Assembly: GCA_964016885.1 (NCBI GenBank)
Contig: OZ024742.1
Location: 30,256,001 to 30,320,000 of the forward strand
Length of the DNA: 64,000 bases
DNA from: Eledone cirrhosa
Taxonomy: Eukaryota
Direction of reading: 5' to 3'
In this document: positions 13,778 through 29,685 of the stretch, piece by piece
How the letters are laid out: each line of letters opens with the position of its first letter
Numbering within the stretch: position 1 is the first letter of the stretch
Translations under genes and position numbers: made by a program
The notes under the pieces: model-generated
What the model was told of the DNA's origin: nothing
Database searches by the model: none
The model's input: the letters and a program-made list of their open reading frames with translations, nothing else

Positions 13778-14934
13778 GATAACTTTGTTTATATATATAT
13801 ACATATATATATATATTTATATGGGACTGTTGCGTAGTGTATGTGTGTGCGTACATGTGTTTTTCAGCTTGTCCGCTTTTTATTAAACCTTAACTTTTAA
13901 CATGCTAAAGAATCTGATTTCATTTCATATGCAAGAAAAGCATTTTAGCTGGAATGAAAGAATACATTTTGGTTTGCTATTTTTGCTTACTTAAATATAT
14001 ATATATTATATATATATATATATTACATATATATATATTATATATAGAGAGAAAGAAGGCAGTAAGTGAATGCACGTGTATTATTTATTGTGTGTGTGTG
14101 TGTGTGTGTTAGTGTATAAAATATGTAAGGATATACATATGTATGTGTAGACTGATGCTTTGTTAGTAAGAAAAAATTAAAAAGTACTCAATACTTGGTG
14201 CAGAATATAATTATATTTAATCATATGATGCTTTCTGTCTCTACGTTAAGCTTCTAGAATATTCTATTAGACGGCAGCACTGAAATATAATGTAAAACAT
14301 GCTATAATTCAAAATGGCGCCGTGACCTGGCTGTTTCGTTGGTTAATACAAAATTATGTGAGTCACGCAACCTAACCCGATTGCAGAAGTGCAGAAACAC
14401 AACTAGGAGTTCGTTCGATAAAGAAATATTCTAGTCAAAATAAATGGTAAACTAAGCAAAGGTAGAATCGGTAAATCATTCAGTAAAGATGAGTATATAC
14501 AGGGTATCCCAAAATATGTATACACACTTTAACAGCATTCTAATAAATATGTGTATACATTTCTTGGGGACACCCTGTACATAGATATATATATATGTAT
14601 TATAGAGATATGTAAAATCCCGACTGCGGCGCCAAGCGGTCGGGGTTTTACATATTTATATACCCACTCTGCATCTCCCCATGCATTGTGTACTCCCATG
14701 ATTAGTGGTCTCTTCAGTCTCAGCAACATAGACTCTATATATAATATATTATATATATTATACTCTACCAATGTATTGAGTGCCTTTTTAACTACTGTTA
14801 ACCCCCCCCCCCCCTTCCGACACAACTCGTGAATCTACATATTATATATATATATATATATATACACTGATTGGGAGAGGAGATACTGTATATATTTTAT
14901 CTAATGATTTGTTGGACTTACATTTATATATATA

Positions 14935-15526
14935 TGTAAGTATGTATGTATGTATACGTACATACATATATGTATACAGACGTACAGTAGTATGTTTATA
15001 TATACATACATGCACACATATATATATACACGTATCGGTTTACCGAACATTTATTATAATGCGCGGTTTGTTTGTTTCTAAACAAACAAACAGCCCGTTT
15101 CATTCTATTCCATTTATCGTTTTCGGTGTGCCCGGCCGACTGAACTCACTCGATATGCAAATTAGGCTGCTCAGCCGTTAATATGCATAAGGAAAGTATA
15201 TACTTTCAGACGTTCAACCATCTGGCAGGAAGGTATACGATGCTGACGATAGCTAATAAGCTTGAAACTAGTACATCGTTCCTGTGTCAGTGTTGAACAA
15301 AAAGGTGACGTGGTTGCCTAAACACTGTACGGCGTAATTCGGGCTGCTTGTTTGTTTACAAACAAACAAACCGCGCATTATAATAAATGTTCGGTAAACC
15401 GATACGTGCATATATACATACTACTGTACGTCTGTATACATATATGTATGTACGTATACATACATACATACTTACATTTAAGTAAGTGCCGTACTAAGAG
15501 TGAAAAATGAAATTTCGTTTCATTCT

Positions 15527-15530
<4 letters not shown>
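14935..15530 (+). mobile_element. Family G fold-back cassette with a hammerhead in the loop
   Basis: Arms at about 14935-15097 and 15340-15477. Second copy at 32700-33160. Confidence 0.85.
15237..15279 (+). ncRNA. Type I hammerhead ribozyme, family G
   Basis: acgatg CTGACGA t agct aata agct t GAAA ctag TA^ catcgt, with a 6-bp stem I and palindromic stem III. Confidence 0.88.
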
Positions 15531-15562
<32 letters not shown>

Positions 15563-15566
<4 letters not shown>

Positions 15567-16415
15567 GAAAAATTGAACAGGGACAGAACAGAGAGGCAGT
15601 ACAATAAATGTTTATTAAATTCACGCTCATATATATATATGAATAAAGTTAGTCCTTCATCAGTGATCTTCCAACCATCATTGGTATTTCATCGCTTTAA
15701 AGACCATATACCTCCGGTTGGTGCGAGCAACGGCTAAAAAAAAGTCGTTGGGACACGTAAATAAAGGGGACACGAGTGTAAACAAACAAAAATGGTGAAG
15801 CAACGAAAAGTGGGGAAGAAGGAGTCAAGTCCCAAATTTCTATGAATTTAAATTCGGTGAAATCGTGAACGAGAGAGAATAAAGACCATCAAACCTGGTT
15901 GGAATGTAAGCAAGGAAGGAATTCCGTACAGGTCTAACGGGAGGAAGAAGGGATCTAGTCTGTGATTTCGGTGAACGTAAGTTCTGTGAAATCGTAGACG
16001 AGAGAGAGAAAAAAAGCGACCTGCCAGACCAAGGGTGCGAAAGAAAAGAATTACGCACAGGTCAAACGGGAAGAAGGAGGAGGAGGAGAGGTAGTAACAG
16101 AGAATGAGTGAGTGAAGGGTGAGGAAGAGGCTAACAGAGAGAGTGACTGCTAGAGAGGGTAAAGATACAGAGAAAGAGGAAGCAGTAAGAACGAAATAGA
16201 CGTGTAACAGCGGGGAAAAAAATATGTGTAAATATGAGAAAAGCGTGCTGCGGGGTTGCTAATGGGTTACATATGAATAAAGTTAGTCCTTCATCAGTGA
16301 TCTTCCAACCATCATTGGTATTTCATCGCTTTAAAGACCATATACCTCCGGTTGGTGCGAGCAACGGCTAAAAAAAGTCGTTGGGACACGTAAATAAAGG
16401 GAACACGTGTGTAAA
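15563..16415 (-). mobile_element. Family D non-coding element with direct terminal repeats of about 145 bp carrying a half hammerhead
   Basis: 15640-15785 is repeated at 16274-16415. Homologous copy at 52921-53530 (+). Confidence 0.75.
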
Positions 16416-16567
16416 CGCTCGATAAGGAAAAATATATATCAAATATATAAGAACCGTGGAGCAAATATTTATTAAAATAACAGATTAAAGTTTAAGCAAA
16501 GAATCGCCGCTTTCACCCTTTACGGGATCTTCTGAAACTCAAGTTTCTTTAATCTGTTATTTTAATA
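16415..16567 (-). mobile_element. Family A mini fold-back with a variant hammerhead (16489-16539)
   Basis: Arms attaaaataacagattaaag and ctttaatctgttattttaat. Confidence 0.75.
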
Positions 16568-16633
16568 TATATATATATACAGTATATATATATATTGGAT
16601 TATGTCGATCGATTGGTTATTGATTAGGCGATA

Positions 16634-16743
16634 CCCGCTGATGAAGCCGCATAAGCCCATTGTGCATTGTTGCATAATATATGCAGACAGATGGTGCAGT
16701 GCACCTTACTGCTGCATTAGTGCTGCAGAAACTCGAGTCCGGG
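16634..16743 (+). ncRNA. Type I hammerhead ribozyme with an 83-nt stem II domain (family H)
   Basis: cccg CTGATGA [a gccgca ... tgctgc a] GAAA ctcgag TC^ cggg. Confidence 0.78.
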
Positions 16744-16888
16744 AACCTTATAGGCACCCGTTTTACGTGTGTTGTGTTGAGGCAAATAACTATGTGTATA
16801 CTCTGGTAATGTATCTTACATTGCCCATTGAGTGCGGTGAGATACAACCGGTACTGGCATTGATACATATGCTGGGTCCATCAACCCT

Positions 16889-16962
<74 letters not shown>

Positions 16963-17671
16963 GAGTGTTTAGCGAATTGGATTCGAAATCGTGAGATTGT
17001 GAGTTCTTTATTATGACAAAGTGATGAGTTTTGTTACCCTGGAGTTTTACCTGTGTACGATAAAGGTATTTCTGTATATATATATGCAGAGTGGGTTGCC
17101 GAGACTGCGTCAATGTGTACATAAATATACACATATTTAATATGTAGACATGTAAACAAGCCAGAAAATACGAATTTTCGTGTGAATTGGAACAATAATA
17201 AACACCTTTAATCGGTTTTCGTGTATATCAGCTAAACAACGCGACCGTTAATTATATGCAAATTAGTGTATGAAAAAGTATCTTTTATATGTTCTCCGTG
17301 ACTCGTAATATACCAAGAAACCTAACATGGAAAACAGCTCTAAAATGTATGTTAAATGCCTAGTTTTACTATTCTGACAGGTTGAGTTGTCTTCCTTAAA
17401 GAAAAAAATAATATTTCTTTCAGTTCTTAATTATCGTCCTTTACGTAGAAATCACGACGTCAGTATTAACCAATGACACGGTGAGATTTCGATGCCATAT
17501 TGAATTAACGAAACTTGGTCGCCTGATAGCTGAAACTATATACAATTATACTATATATATATGTATCGTCTGATACATGAAACTATATATAATTATGCAA
17601 TATAACATCTATTGAGTACATTTTCTCATGTTCATTATAAATGACTTACATAAATATGTGTGTATGCATTT

Positions 17672-17713
<42 letters not shown>

Positions 17714-18722
17714 GTGTGTGTATATATGTGTGTAATAATGTGTCTATATATGTATATATGTATGTGTGTGTGTGTCTTAATGTGTCTCTATATCTGTGCG
17801 TGGATGTAGATGTATTTTTGCATATTCACCCTCATTTTTTAAACCTTCTTTCTATAATTTTTAACATTTTAAAATATGATTGTATTTTGTGTTCAAGAAA
17901 GACATTTTAGTTCGAAGGAAAGAAATTGCATATATGTTTCTATTTTTGCTTATTCAATTGTGTGTGTGGGGGGGGGGGTGCGCGTGCGTGCGTGTGTGCG
18001 CGTGCGTGCGTGTGTGTGTGTGTGTGTGTGTGTGCGTGCGTGCGTGTATGTGTGTGTGTGTGTGCGCGTGTGTGTGTGTGTGTGCGTGTCTGTGTGTGTT
18101 TGTGTGTGTTTGTTGTTCCTGTTGCCTTTCTTATTGGTTCCAAAAGCATGATCCAAAATTTAGCATTTACTATATTTTTTCCTTTTTTATTTGCAAATAA
18201 CTAAATATATATGTATGTGTGTGTGTATGTGTGTACCAAACAAAAAACTATATATACCGTACTACATAACTAAAAAATATATTTATATACTATATAATAA
18301 AAAAATAAATATATATACCAAACAACTAAAAAAATATATACATACTATATAACTAAAAAATATATATATATACTAGATAACTAAAAATAAATATATATAG
18401 TAGATAACTAAAAGATATATATATAAACTATATATATGCTAAAAAATATATAAACACTATATAATTAAAAATAAATATGTATAGCAAAATATCTCGAAAT
18501 AGTTTTAAATGAAACATATTTGCTTTAAAATGTAGAAATTACATTTTTTTATCTTTTTTTATCTCCCAGCATGCAATTCTTAATTTAAATTTTCGGATGA
18601 GATGCATATTTCATACTTTCCGCATTTCTGCATATTACAAAACCTGTGTATTATATTATGTGTGTGAATGATGGCGTATATTAGTATATATATATATAGA
18701 TATAGATATATATATATGTATG

Positions 18723-18806
<84 letters not shown>

Positions 18807-18846
18807 ATAAAGAATTCATATCTAGTAACATATATATACATACAGA

Positions 18847-18914
<68 letters not shown>

Positions 18915-19101
18915 CATATATATATATACATATATATATATATACATGCATATATATATACATATATATATACATATATACATATATGTATATACATATA
19001 TATATACATATATATACATATATATACATATATATATATACATATATATATATATACATGCATATATATATTTACATGCATATATATATTTACATATAGA
19101 A

Positions 19102-19132
<31 letters not shown>

Positions 19133-19431
19133 TATATACATATATATATATATGTATATATATATTACTATATGTATATATAGAGATGTGTGAATATATG
19201 TGTGAATATATATATATACATACATGCTATTATGTAAATAAATATATGCATGTATGCATATATTTATGTGTTAGTGTGTATATTTGTGTGTATATTGTGT
19301 GTATATTGTGTGTATATTGTGTGTATATTGTGTGTATATTATATGTATTTTATAGATATATGACGCGATGAATATATTTACTGCGCGCTGCATTTCTCAT
19401 CCTGTGTCGCTGAGTGTGTATGTATGTATGT

Positions 19432-19471
<40 letters not shown>

Positions 19472-19741
19472 ATGTATGAGACTGAATATACATAGATGCT
19501 TGTATATAGGTATGTATGTATGAGGGTGAATGTATATATGCTTGAGTATAGGTATGTATGTGTGTACGTATGTATGTGAGTATGTCAGTGTGCGCTGTTA
19601 AAAATGTATATGAAATTGCTTAATCAGCCAGGATTTATTTACCATGTGATAATGTGAGAGTATAACATACTATATATGGAATGGATCTCCGTCGGTATCA
19701 GAGATAAATGTTCCAGTTGTTCAATCAATAGGATAGCCGCT

Positions 19742-20190
19742 GTCTTCTTCTTCTTCTTCTTCTTCTGCTTCTTCTTCTTCTTCTTCGCCCACTTATTCCT
19801 GAGAGGGTCCTATCTGAAGCAACCATCTCCAATTGATCCGGCTGGATCTCCAAGCGAGACCAACTGAGTTCATGGATGTTATACAACCATCTTGCTCGTA
19901 GTGGCAGAGTCCTCAAACACTTTTCCTAGTGGGTTTTGTCAGAAACAACCGCCTTGAATTGATGTAACTAGATCCCCAAGCGAGACCAGCCAAGCTCATA
20001 GATGTTATCCAACCATCTTTGGTTTTGACCTCCATAAAATCTGTCCAGCGATTCTTTCTTGAGACATTCTAACCACATAATATCGGAGCTGTATTCCCCA
20101 AAGGGGACCAGCCTTGCTCATGGATGTTGTCCAACCATCTTGCTAGGGGTTGACCACCGTAAAATCTGTCCATTTCTTGAGACATTCTAA
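19742..20190 (-). mobile_element. RTE-like LINE 3' remnant with a (GAA)n tail, rearranged
   Basis: Homologous to 29920-30365; the catggatgtt.tccaaccatcttgct segment occurs three times. Confidence 0.65.
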
Positions 20191-20550
20191 CCATGGAATT
20201 TACAGACACGTTTATTTTTAACATAATTCTCAGGGAGATCCAGTGTGGCACAGTGTGTGTAACCAGGCTGACACTTTGAATTACTGGAACAGTCCATCTG
20301 ACGGGATTCTTTGCAGTTTCCGTCAACCCAATTCCCCTCACAAGATGTGGATCAACCCGAGGTTAAGGTATATGACCCATGATACCACAGAGTAAGATTG
20401 AATCCAGCACCTAATGATTACAAAGCTAACTTCTTAACCATTCGGCCATGCTACGTCCATTCATACGTTCATACATACATACATACATACATACATACAT
20501 ACATACATACATACATACATACATACATACATACATACATACATACATAC

Positions 20551-23500
20551 AGTCAACGCGATCAGTCGCACATTTTGGCGTAGGAGATTATCTCCGACAG
20601 TAATGCCACAACTAACAGTCGTGTTGAATAACTGGATATTCTTCTAACTATATCCACTGAAGACCCCTTTTATTCAAATTCGTAGAGATATCCGACTAAA
20701 TACATAATTCATTTTAAAAGGATTTGCTATAAACAGCATCGCCGGACACAACATCAACAACAATTTACCGAACACAAGGAACGAAAACAATTAACCGAAG
20801 AAAATCAATGAGAAAGATAAACAAAACTTATTTAGTTGTAGCTATAGAAGAAACCGAAATTATAAATCGCATTTCTCTTAGAGTTACGAATTTAATGATG
20901 ATTTAATTGTTATAAAATGGCAAACAAAATCCGTCCGTTGGCTATATGAATACATCTAGAGCTAAATAACTTCACAGCCAAACAATTACACACAAGCGAC
21001 GTTTATTGAACGTAAAAATAATATAAATATTATTAATTGTAAGTCCCCTAGAACAAACATGCAATCAACACCATATACTACAGGTCGCCATGCTACTAGA
21101 CTTTCTAGCAGCCAAGTCGAACAGTCTCTTGAAACAAATATACCGGAAAAAAATTTGACACCACGTGTACCATCTCAGTCTGCCTTGACTGTTGTGAAAC
21201 ACACTATTGATAATCAAAAGAATAAACAGTTGAAATTTTCCTTCAACGAAATCTTCCAGAGAGAAATTAATTCATTTATAAACATTTCTCTTGCTAAACT
21301 TAATAAAACAACAATACTAAATAAAGTAAAGGCAAATCATGAAATCTTACGTGCTATTGAAATAGGGGATGAATATTTACAACGAATTAAAACACCCACA
21401 TTTTGGCAAATCAACGCCTGTTTTTATGCCCTAGCAATGACAGTGAAGCATTATCTTGGTGATGGCAGAGATATTAACAAGAACAAAACACAACAAAAAA
21501 ATACCATCATATATATCTAAAATAGAAAAAAAGATTGCTTACCTACGAAAAACCATAGGATGTGTGACAATGCTCCTTACATGCAAACAAAAACAAAAAC
21601 TTCACTCCTCACCAACAAAGAATGAAAAATAAAATAGAAACGATGTTTGGTGACAGTACAACCAGAACTCTTCAATATAGGCTGATCACCCTCAAACAAG
21701 AATTGAGAGCTGTCAGCGAGAAAGGTTGATACCTGAAGAGGGTAGATGAAAGAAAAGTACTTAATAAAAGATTCAGACGAAAACAAACATCAGTCTATAG
21801 AGATATGCAGGGCAAAGTAATAAATGTCACTGCGGCTCCATCCCAGAAAAACATAGATTGCTTCTGGAGAAAAATATGGGATGAAAAAAAAAGATGCTGT
21901 GTGGCTAAAAGAAATCCGAAAGAACTATTGCTCCCACACTACAAGAAAAACATACGAAATAAATGAGGGTACGCTTGAGACTGTGATAGGAAAATTCCAA
22001 GATAAGAAAATACCAGGAAGAGACTTGATTATTGGCTGCTGGTACAAAAAACTGATATTCTATCGGAGGTATCTTACTGACTTCTACCAACAAGTTCTTA
22101 CCAGAATGGTTGACATTAGCACAAACAATACTGGTCTACAAAAACAAAGACATCCACTTGGCAAAAAACTACCGACCCATTGCATGCCAAAACCTGATGT
22201 ATAAGATGTATACAGCCTGCCTGAACCTATTCCTCCAAGATCACTGTGAAAATAATAACATCATCACAAATGAACAAGCAGCTGGAAAGAAAGGCGTTTG
22301 GGGTGGGCTGAACAACTACTAATTAACAAAACTGCGATGTCGGAGGTGCGACAACTTAGGAGGAATATGGCTACAGTCTGGTTGGACTACAGGAAAGCAT
22401 TTGATTCTGTTCCCCACTCTTGGATGATAGAGGCCCTCCGATTTGTTAAAGTCTCAGACATTATTATCAGAGCCATAGAGAAGCTATCTTCTTGGTCTAC
22501 TATCCTAAGGTTAAGAACAGAGAAGGAGGACTCTATTTTCACTGATAAAAAAAAATATCGCAGGGGTATATTTCAGGGAGACAGTCTCTCTGTGATATTA
22601 TTCATCCTGTCATTAAATCCCTTGTCCTTTCTGCTCAAGAAATTTGAAGGATACATCATTGGCTCACAGGAGGACAGAAATATGAACCTATCCCATAATT
22701 TCTTTGGGGATGATCTGAAACTCTATGCCAAGAACATGGATGGGATGAAGAAAAATCTTGACCTGGTTACAACATTCTCAAAGGATATAGGAATGGAGTT
22801 TGGCCAAGATAAATGTTTATATATGACTATAAAGCGGGGAAAAACAACAACCCAATCTAGCAACATTGTCATCAATGGCCTAACTGTTTCACCGTTATCT
22901 GATGAGGACTGCTACAGATACCTGGGAATAGATGAAAACATATCCTATAATGGTATCTGTAATAAGGAACGCGTAACCAGGGAATATTACAACCGATTAA
23001 GAAAGATCTGGTCATCAGAACTCTCTGCGCCAAACAAAACAGTGGCTCACAATGTGTTTGCTGTGCCTGTCCTAACACCAACGTTTGGAGTACTCGATTG
23101 GACGATAGACGAAATCCGAGCAATCGATGTGAAAACTCGAAAAGTCCTAAACAACACCAGAAACGTCCACATCAACAGTGACATAGACCGCCTTTACTTG
23201 AAACGTAAGCAGGGAGGCAGAGGACTAACATCAGTCCAGACATCATTTGAATGTCGCATCATAACACTCGACATTTACGAACCTCCAAACGTAGGAGCCC
23301 ATGTACTGAGCAAATCTGTCTGCATGAGACAGATAAGATCATGAGAGTTGGAAAGGTTCTCCTTGAAAGATACTCCCTGCACGATAATCAAAAACTCACA
23401 CCCAAGGAAATTGCCCAGCAATACCGCAGCGAATCCATGGATGAAAAACTGCATGCTTATCAGCAAAAAGTCATGCATGGGTGTTGCCAGGAAGCTCCAG

Positions 23501-24448
23501 AGTGAAAGTAATATAGATAAGCAAAGTAGTCTATCTTGGACCAACAATCGCTATATTGGCTCTCACTTTGAAGGATATGCTTTTGCAATCCAAGAACAGG
23601 AAATCAACACAAAATACCTGATTCACACAAGAGATAGGTAAAACACTTAGATGTGACAACAAGTGCAGACTCTGCAGAATTAGCATCGAATATGTCACCC
23701 ATATCGTAAGCAGCTGCCCAAAGATGTCATCATGGTACTATCTACCTATGAGGCATGATGTAGTGGCCAAAACACTGTACAATGCAATCCGTAGAAAAGA
23801 TAGCCCCGACAATAAACACATTAAAATCTACAGCAATGTGGAAGACATATACATAATATGAAAGAGTACTGGTGGAATGTTCCAGTCAAAACTCCAATAA
23901 AATGCAGGCATAACAGACCAGATATAAAGATATGGGACAGGGAAAAGAAAGCATGCACAGTAGTGGAAGTTAGCTGCCCAGCAGATGCCAATATAATATC
24001 AAAGATTAACGAAAAGGGGAATATTTATGCAGAACTGATGAGAAATCTGCAGATACTCCACCCTGATTACACCTTCAGATTTATGCCTGTGATTATTGGG
24101 GCACTGGGATATGTTAGTAACTGCCTCAATATAAATCTTCAGAAGCTAGGCTTCACAGAAACAGAAAGAACACGATTAGTTAGGAAATTACAAGTACAAT
24201 CCATTAATGGAACAGTAAAAATATGTAAAACATTCCAAAACACATGCACACATATAACTCAAAATATACACATCCCCTCATTAACATCAATACCTGTACA
24301 CACATTAGCGTCAATACCTCTACATGCATGCATGCATACATATCTACCTAGTTGAAGTGTAAATTCCAATGAGAGAGTCTTGTGTCTATGTTAGAAACCG
24401 ACTCTCTCTCTATTGGTAAAAATTTATAAAATTATAAAAACAGAAGAA
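20551..24448 (+). mobile_element. R4-clade RLE non-LTR retrotransposon, near full length and decayed, inserted in (CATA)n
   Basis: Fragments NYRPIACQN, WLDYRKAFDSVPHSW, RGIFQGDSLS, FFGDDLKLY, SDIDRLYLKRKQGGRGL and RHNRPDIKIWD...VEVSCPAD. (ATAC)n at 20470-20550 and from 24449. Confidence 0.9.
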
Positions 24449-25204
24449 CATACATACATACATACATCAGTACATACATACATATACATATACATACGCA
24501 CATACATACATACATACATACATACATACATACATACATACATACATACATACATACATACATACATACATTCTTACATACAGACAGACAGACAGACAGA
24601 CAGACATGTATAAAGACATATATATACATACATGGATATATTTAAATATATTTGAAAATAAAACAAGACGCATCTAAATATAAAATATATCTATATGTAT
24701 GTCTGTATGTATATATGTATATATGTATGAATCTATGCATGCCTGTATGCATGTGTGTATGATGTTTGAGTATATGTAGTGTGTGTATGTGTATGTATGT
24801 GTGTGTATGTGTATGCACGTGTGCGTGTATGAGGTGAGTGTGTATGTGTGTGTTTGATAAATACACACATATGTCCTTATATGTGAATTAATATTTACTG
24901 CACTTTTTTATTGTTTTGTAATCAAGCCAAGTTCTACACTACACCAACCACCACCACCCACACGACTTCATCTTCTCATTGTTCTGATTGTTAAATAGAT
25001 CGCTACATGTTTATGGAATAAACGTAAGCTGGTTTAACGTTATATATATGCGTGTGTGTGTGTGTGTGTTTGTGTGTTTGTGTGTGTGTTTGTTTGAGTG
25101 TGTGTTTATATATATTTTATATATATATATATATATTATATATATATATATTTATTTCATATGTATGTGTGTATATATATATATATATTTATGTATTGTA
25201 TATA

Positions 25205-25280
<76 letters not shown>

Positions 25281-26066
25281 CACTGTTTGGAATATTATGT
25301 TTCGTGATAACATGAATTGGCAGAGTTGTTAGAACGCCAAATAGAATGCGTTGTGGTATTCCTTTTGGTTCTCCGCGTTCAACTTTGTGTTTCATCCTTT
25401 CGGGGTCGATAAATGAAGTACCAGTCTGGCATCTCTCTCTCTATCTCTTTCTCTCTCTCTCAGGAAGGAATCTGCTAGTGTCCCAACTAGGAGAGGAATT
25501 AGCTCCACCAGATTTAAATACCAGTGCCATATGTCATGATGGCATCCCTAAGAATCTATCAAGAATTAAGTGTCTATGACATGCCATTATTTTTAGTGTC
25601 AGCAGAAATATAATATACTAGCCGAATTACCCGCGCCTTGCTGCATTTCACACATTTTTTTTTGTAAGAAAATGATTGATTTTAAATCAGTGATATAATT
25701 TATGGAGAAAAACTCTGCATTTCAATATTACTCAATGTAAAATGTAATGCATGAAAAATTGGAAAACATTATTTTTTGTAATATATCATCAAATCAATAT
25801 TACATTATTAAATCTTATTCTTATTTTGTTTCTTGTAAATAATTTTTTTCCAGATATCAATTCAAAACTTTTGTGAATAGGCATCATATCTTGTCATTGA
25901 CCTATGGTTTAAATTTCATATAAATCGAAGGGAAAAAAATTTCAGCGGGGTTTTCAGTGCGGGTTTGTGCCTCCGGGGAACCCTTTGATTAAAATGAAAT
26001 ATACGTATCCAAGTACCCTGGGCAATGTAGTTTCAGAATATATATGGTTATGGGGGTCACCCATAT

Positions 26067-26430
26067 ATCACCCTTCATCAGTACAGATCACTGTTCACCT
26101 ACCAAACTGTCAGAACTAGTGAAAATATATGCTATTTTCAAAAATACAGTGACTGATCGGCCTGATTGGCATATTAGCAGACTAGCTGATCAGTCAGATC
26201 TGCATATTAGCAGATCAACCTGATCAGCCAGATTTGCATATCAGCAGACTGGCATCAATTTCCTGTATACGAATGATAAATGGCCGGCTTTGCCAAATTC
26301 AAATTAAAAAGAAAAAAAATAGCATATATTTTGAAGATAGCATATATCTTCACTAGCTCTGACAGTTTGGCAGGTGAACAGTGATCTGTACTGATGAAGG
26401 GTGATACCCAGAAAGATTAGTGTCTGCAGT
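26067..26430 (+). mobile_element. Family I fold-back cassette with a hammerhead-like motif (26386-26429) and an internal 32-bp tandem repeat
   Basis: Arms 26067-26146 and 26329-26406. Motif ctgta CTGATGA a gggt gat accc a GAAA gattagtg TC^ tgcag; stem III is imperfect. Confidence 0.75.
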
Positions 26431-26555
26431 TCTGTTCACATGCCAACATAAGAGCAAGAATGAAGTGTTCATTCTACTGACATGGCTATAAATTGAGGGT
26501 TGTTTGCATAATTGCAAACGAATCGAATGTTATTATTAATATTCGAAAAACTCGG

Positions 26556-26620
<65 letters not shown>

Positions 26621-26623
<3 letters not shown>

Positions 26624-27615
26624 TAATGGCTTCTACTGGACTAGAACTGTTTCATTCGTGAGAAATCATCAGGAAGCGCTTCCTGGTGATTTATATATAT
26701 ATAAATCATCAGGAAAGAAGAGTGACACGGTTTGCTATACAAAAAAGGTTTTTAATCTCATTGCTGACAATTGTTTCTCTGAACTGGTAGGTCTAGAGAT
26801 CGCTACCCGCTTGTTTTCACGTCATTCGATCACCAATACATTGTTGTAACCAGTCAATTCATCGGAGCTTGTGATAATGAAAGGAATATACAGGCATGGC
26901 TACTATATATAGTAGTAATGGCATTCAATCAGAACAATAACAACAATACTAACAATGCTAGCAATAAATTATTTGAAATAATCACAACATCAATCTAGGT
27001 GAGAAATATAGTATATCTACGATTTTAGCGTGTAAAACTAGCTGACATGAGGCAGATGTATAAAATTGACATGTAAAAGCTCTCATGGGGTGTATTATAT
27101 ATAGTGTAAAGATAAGCCGGTGGCTTTAAACAATGTAGGTCTGGTGGCCGTAAGAATCATTTATTATCTGACAGATGAAAATGTTATCACTGTAGTGAGG
27201 ACAGTAATATTTGTGGAGTTAGGTTCAATATTTGTGTGGTCTATATTAGATGAAAGGGTTGTCTAGCTTTCTCATCATCAATTTACACGCTAAAATCGTA
27301 GATATACTATATTTCTCACCTAGATTGATGTTGTGATTATTTCAAATAATTTATTGCTAGCATTGTTAGTATTGTTGTTATTGTTCTGATTGAATGCCAT
27401 TACTACTATATATATAGTAGCCATGCCTGTATATTCCTTTCATTATCACAAGCTCCGATGAATTGACTGGTTATAACTTTGTATTGGTGATCGAATGACG
27501 TGAAAACAAGCGGGTAGCGATCTCTAGACCTACCAGTTCAGAGAAACAATTGTCAACAATGAGATTAAAAACCTTTTCTGTATAGCAAACCGTGTCACTC
27601 TTCTTTCCTGATTTA
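26621..27615. mobile_element. Family E hammerhead (26629-26677, minus) next to a long fold-back
   Basis: gcttc CTGATGA tttctcacgaat GAAA cagttctagtccag TA^ gaagc. Near-perfect inverted arms of about 330 bp at 26703-27032 and 27282-27612. Confidence 0.8.
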
Positions 27616-27825
27616 TCATTACTCCAAGTGTTTACAACATAGAAATTACTGCGTACTCGCAGTATCACTATGGAAACGCCTTGTTGAGTCAAACGTTGAT
27701 ATCATCCACTACTCGGAGTACCATAACTGGACTACACTTAAGCGGACTACCTATAACAATAATCTGTTACCCCGTATATATATGTATATATAAATACAGT
27801 GTGTAAGGTTTACTATATATATATA

Positions 27826-28894
<1,069 letters not shown>

Positions 28895-28959
28895 TATATA
28901 TATATATGTTTGTATATATATATATATATGTATATATAAATACACTGTGTAAGGTTTAC

Positions 28960-29054
<95 letters not shown>

Positions 29055-29119
29055 ATAGTCAACTTTACACACTGTATTTATACAGATATAACTAAAATAT
29101 ATATGTGTGCGTGCGTGCA

Positions 29120-29227
<108 letters not shown>

Positions 29228-29628
29228 CTTTTATTTATTTATATGTAAGTTAAGCAGGATTATATAAGTTTCTGAATCCTGTAATCCATATTAGAAGCTC
29301 TAGAAATGTTGATGACGAATTTGAAGAATTTTCTATTCCAAACAAACTGCAAGGAATTCAAACTAATGAACATGTGAAAACGAATCTTGACATAAATGAT
29401 AAAAACTAGAAAATTACAACACAGTCCTTTTTTAAATAAATATCTGAACGAAAAGCTGTTCTCAAATATATACAAATATATAAGCGTATATATTTGTGTT
29501 TTGGGGTAGTTTAGGTTTGTTGTATTTTGTTGTTTGGTAGGATTGTGTTAGGAAAAAGTATATATATTGTATCATTCCTCTAATACTATGTGGACTAAGA
29601 TCTAATGTCTCTGGTATGAAGTCTTTTA

Positions 29629-29641
29629 TTCGCTGTGGCGT

Positions 29642-29685
<44 letters not shown>

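Noticed and set aside
17518-17597. Hammerhead pair (ctgata...gaaacta twice)
   Set aside because: The core and stems do not form; it is only a short direct repeat.
20552-20680. HDV-like ribozyme at the 5' end of the R4-like element
   Set aside because: Two helices are visible (tcaacgcga/tcgtgttga; tggatat/atatcca), but I could not build P2, P3 and P1.1.
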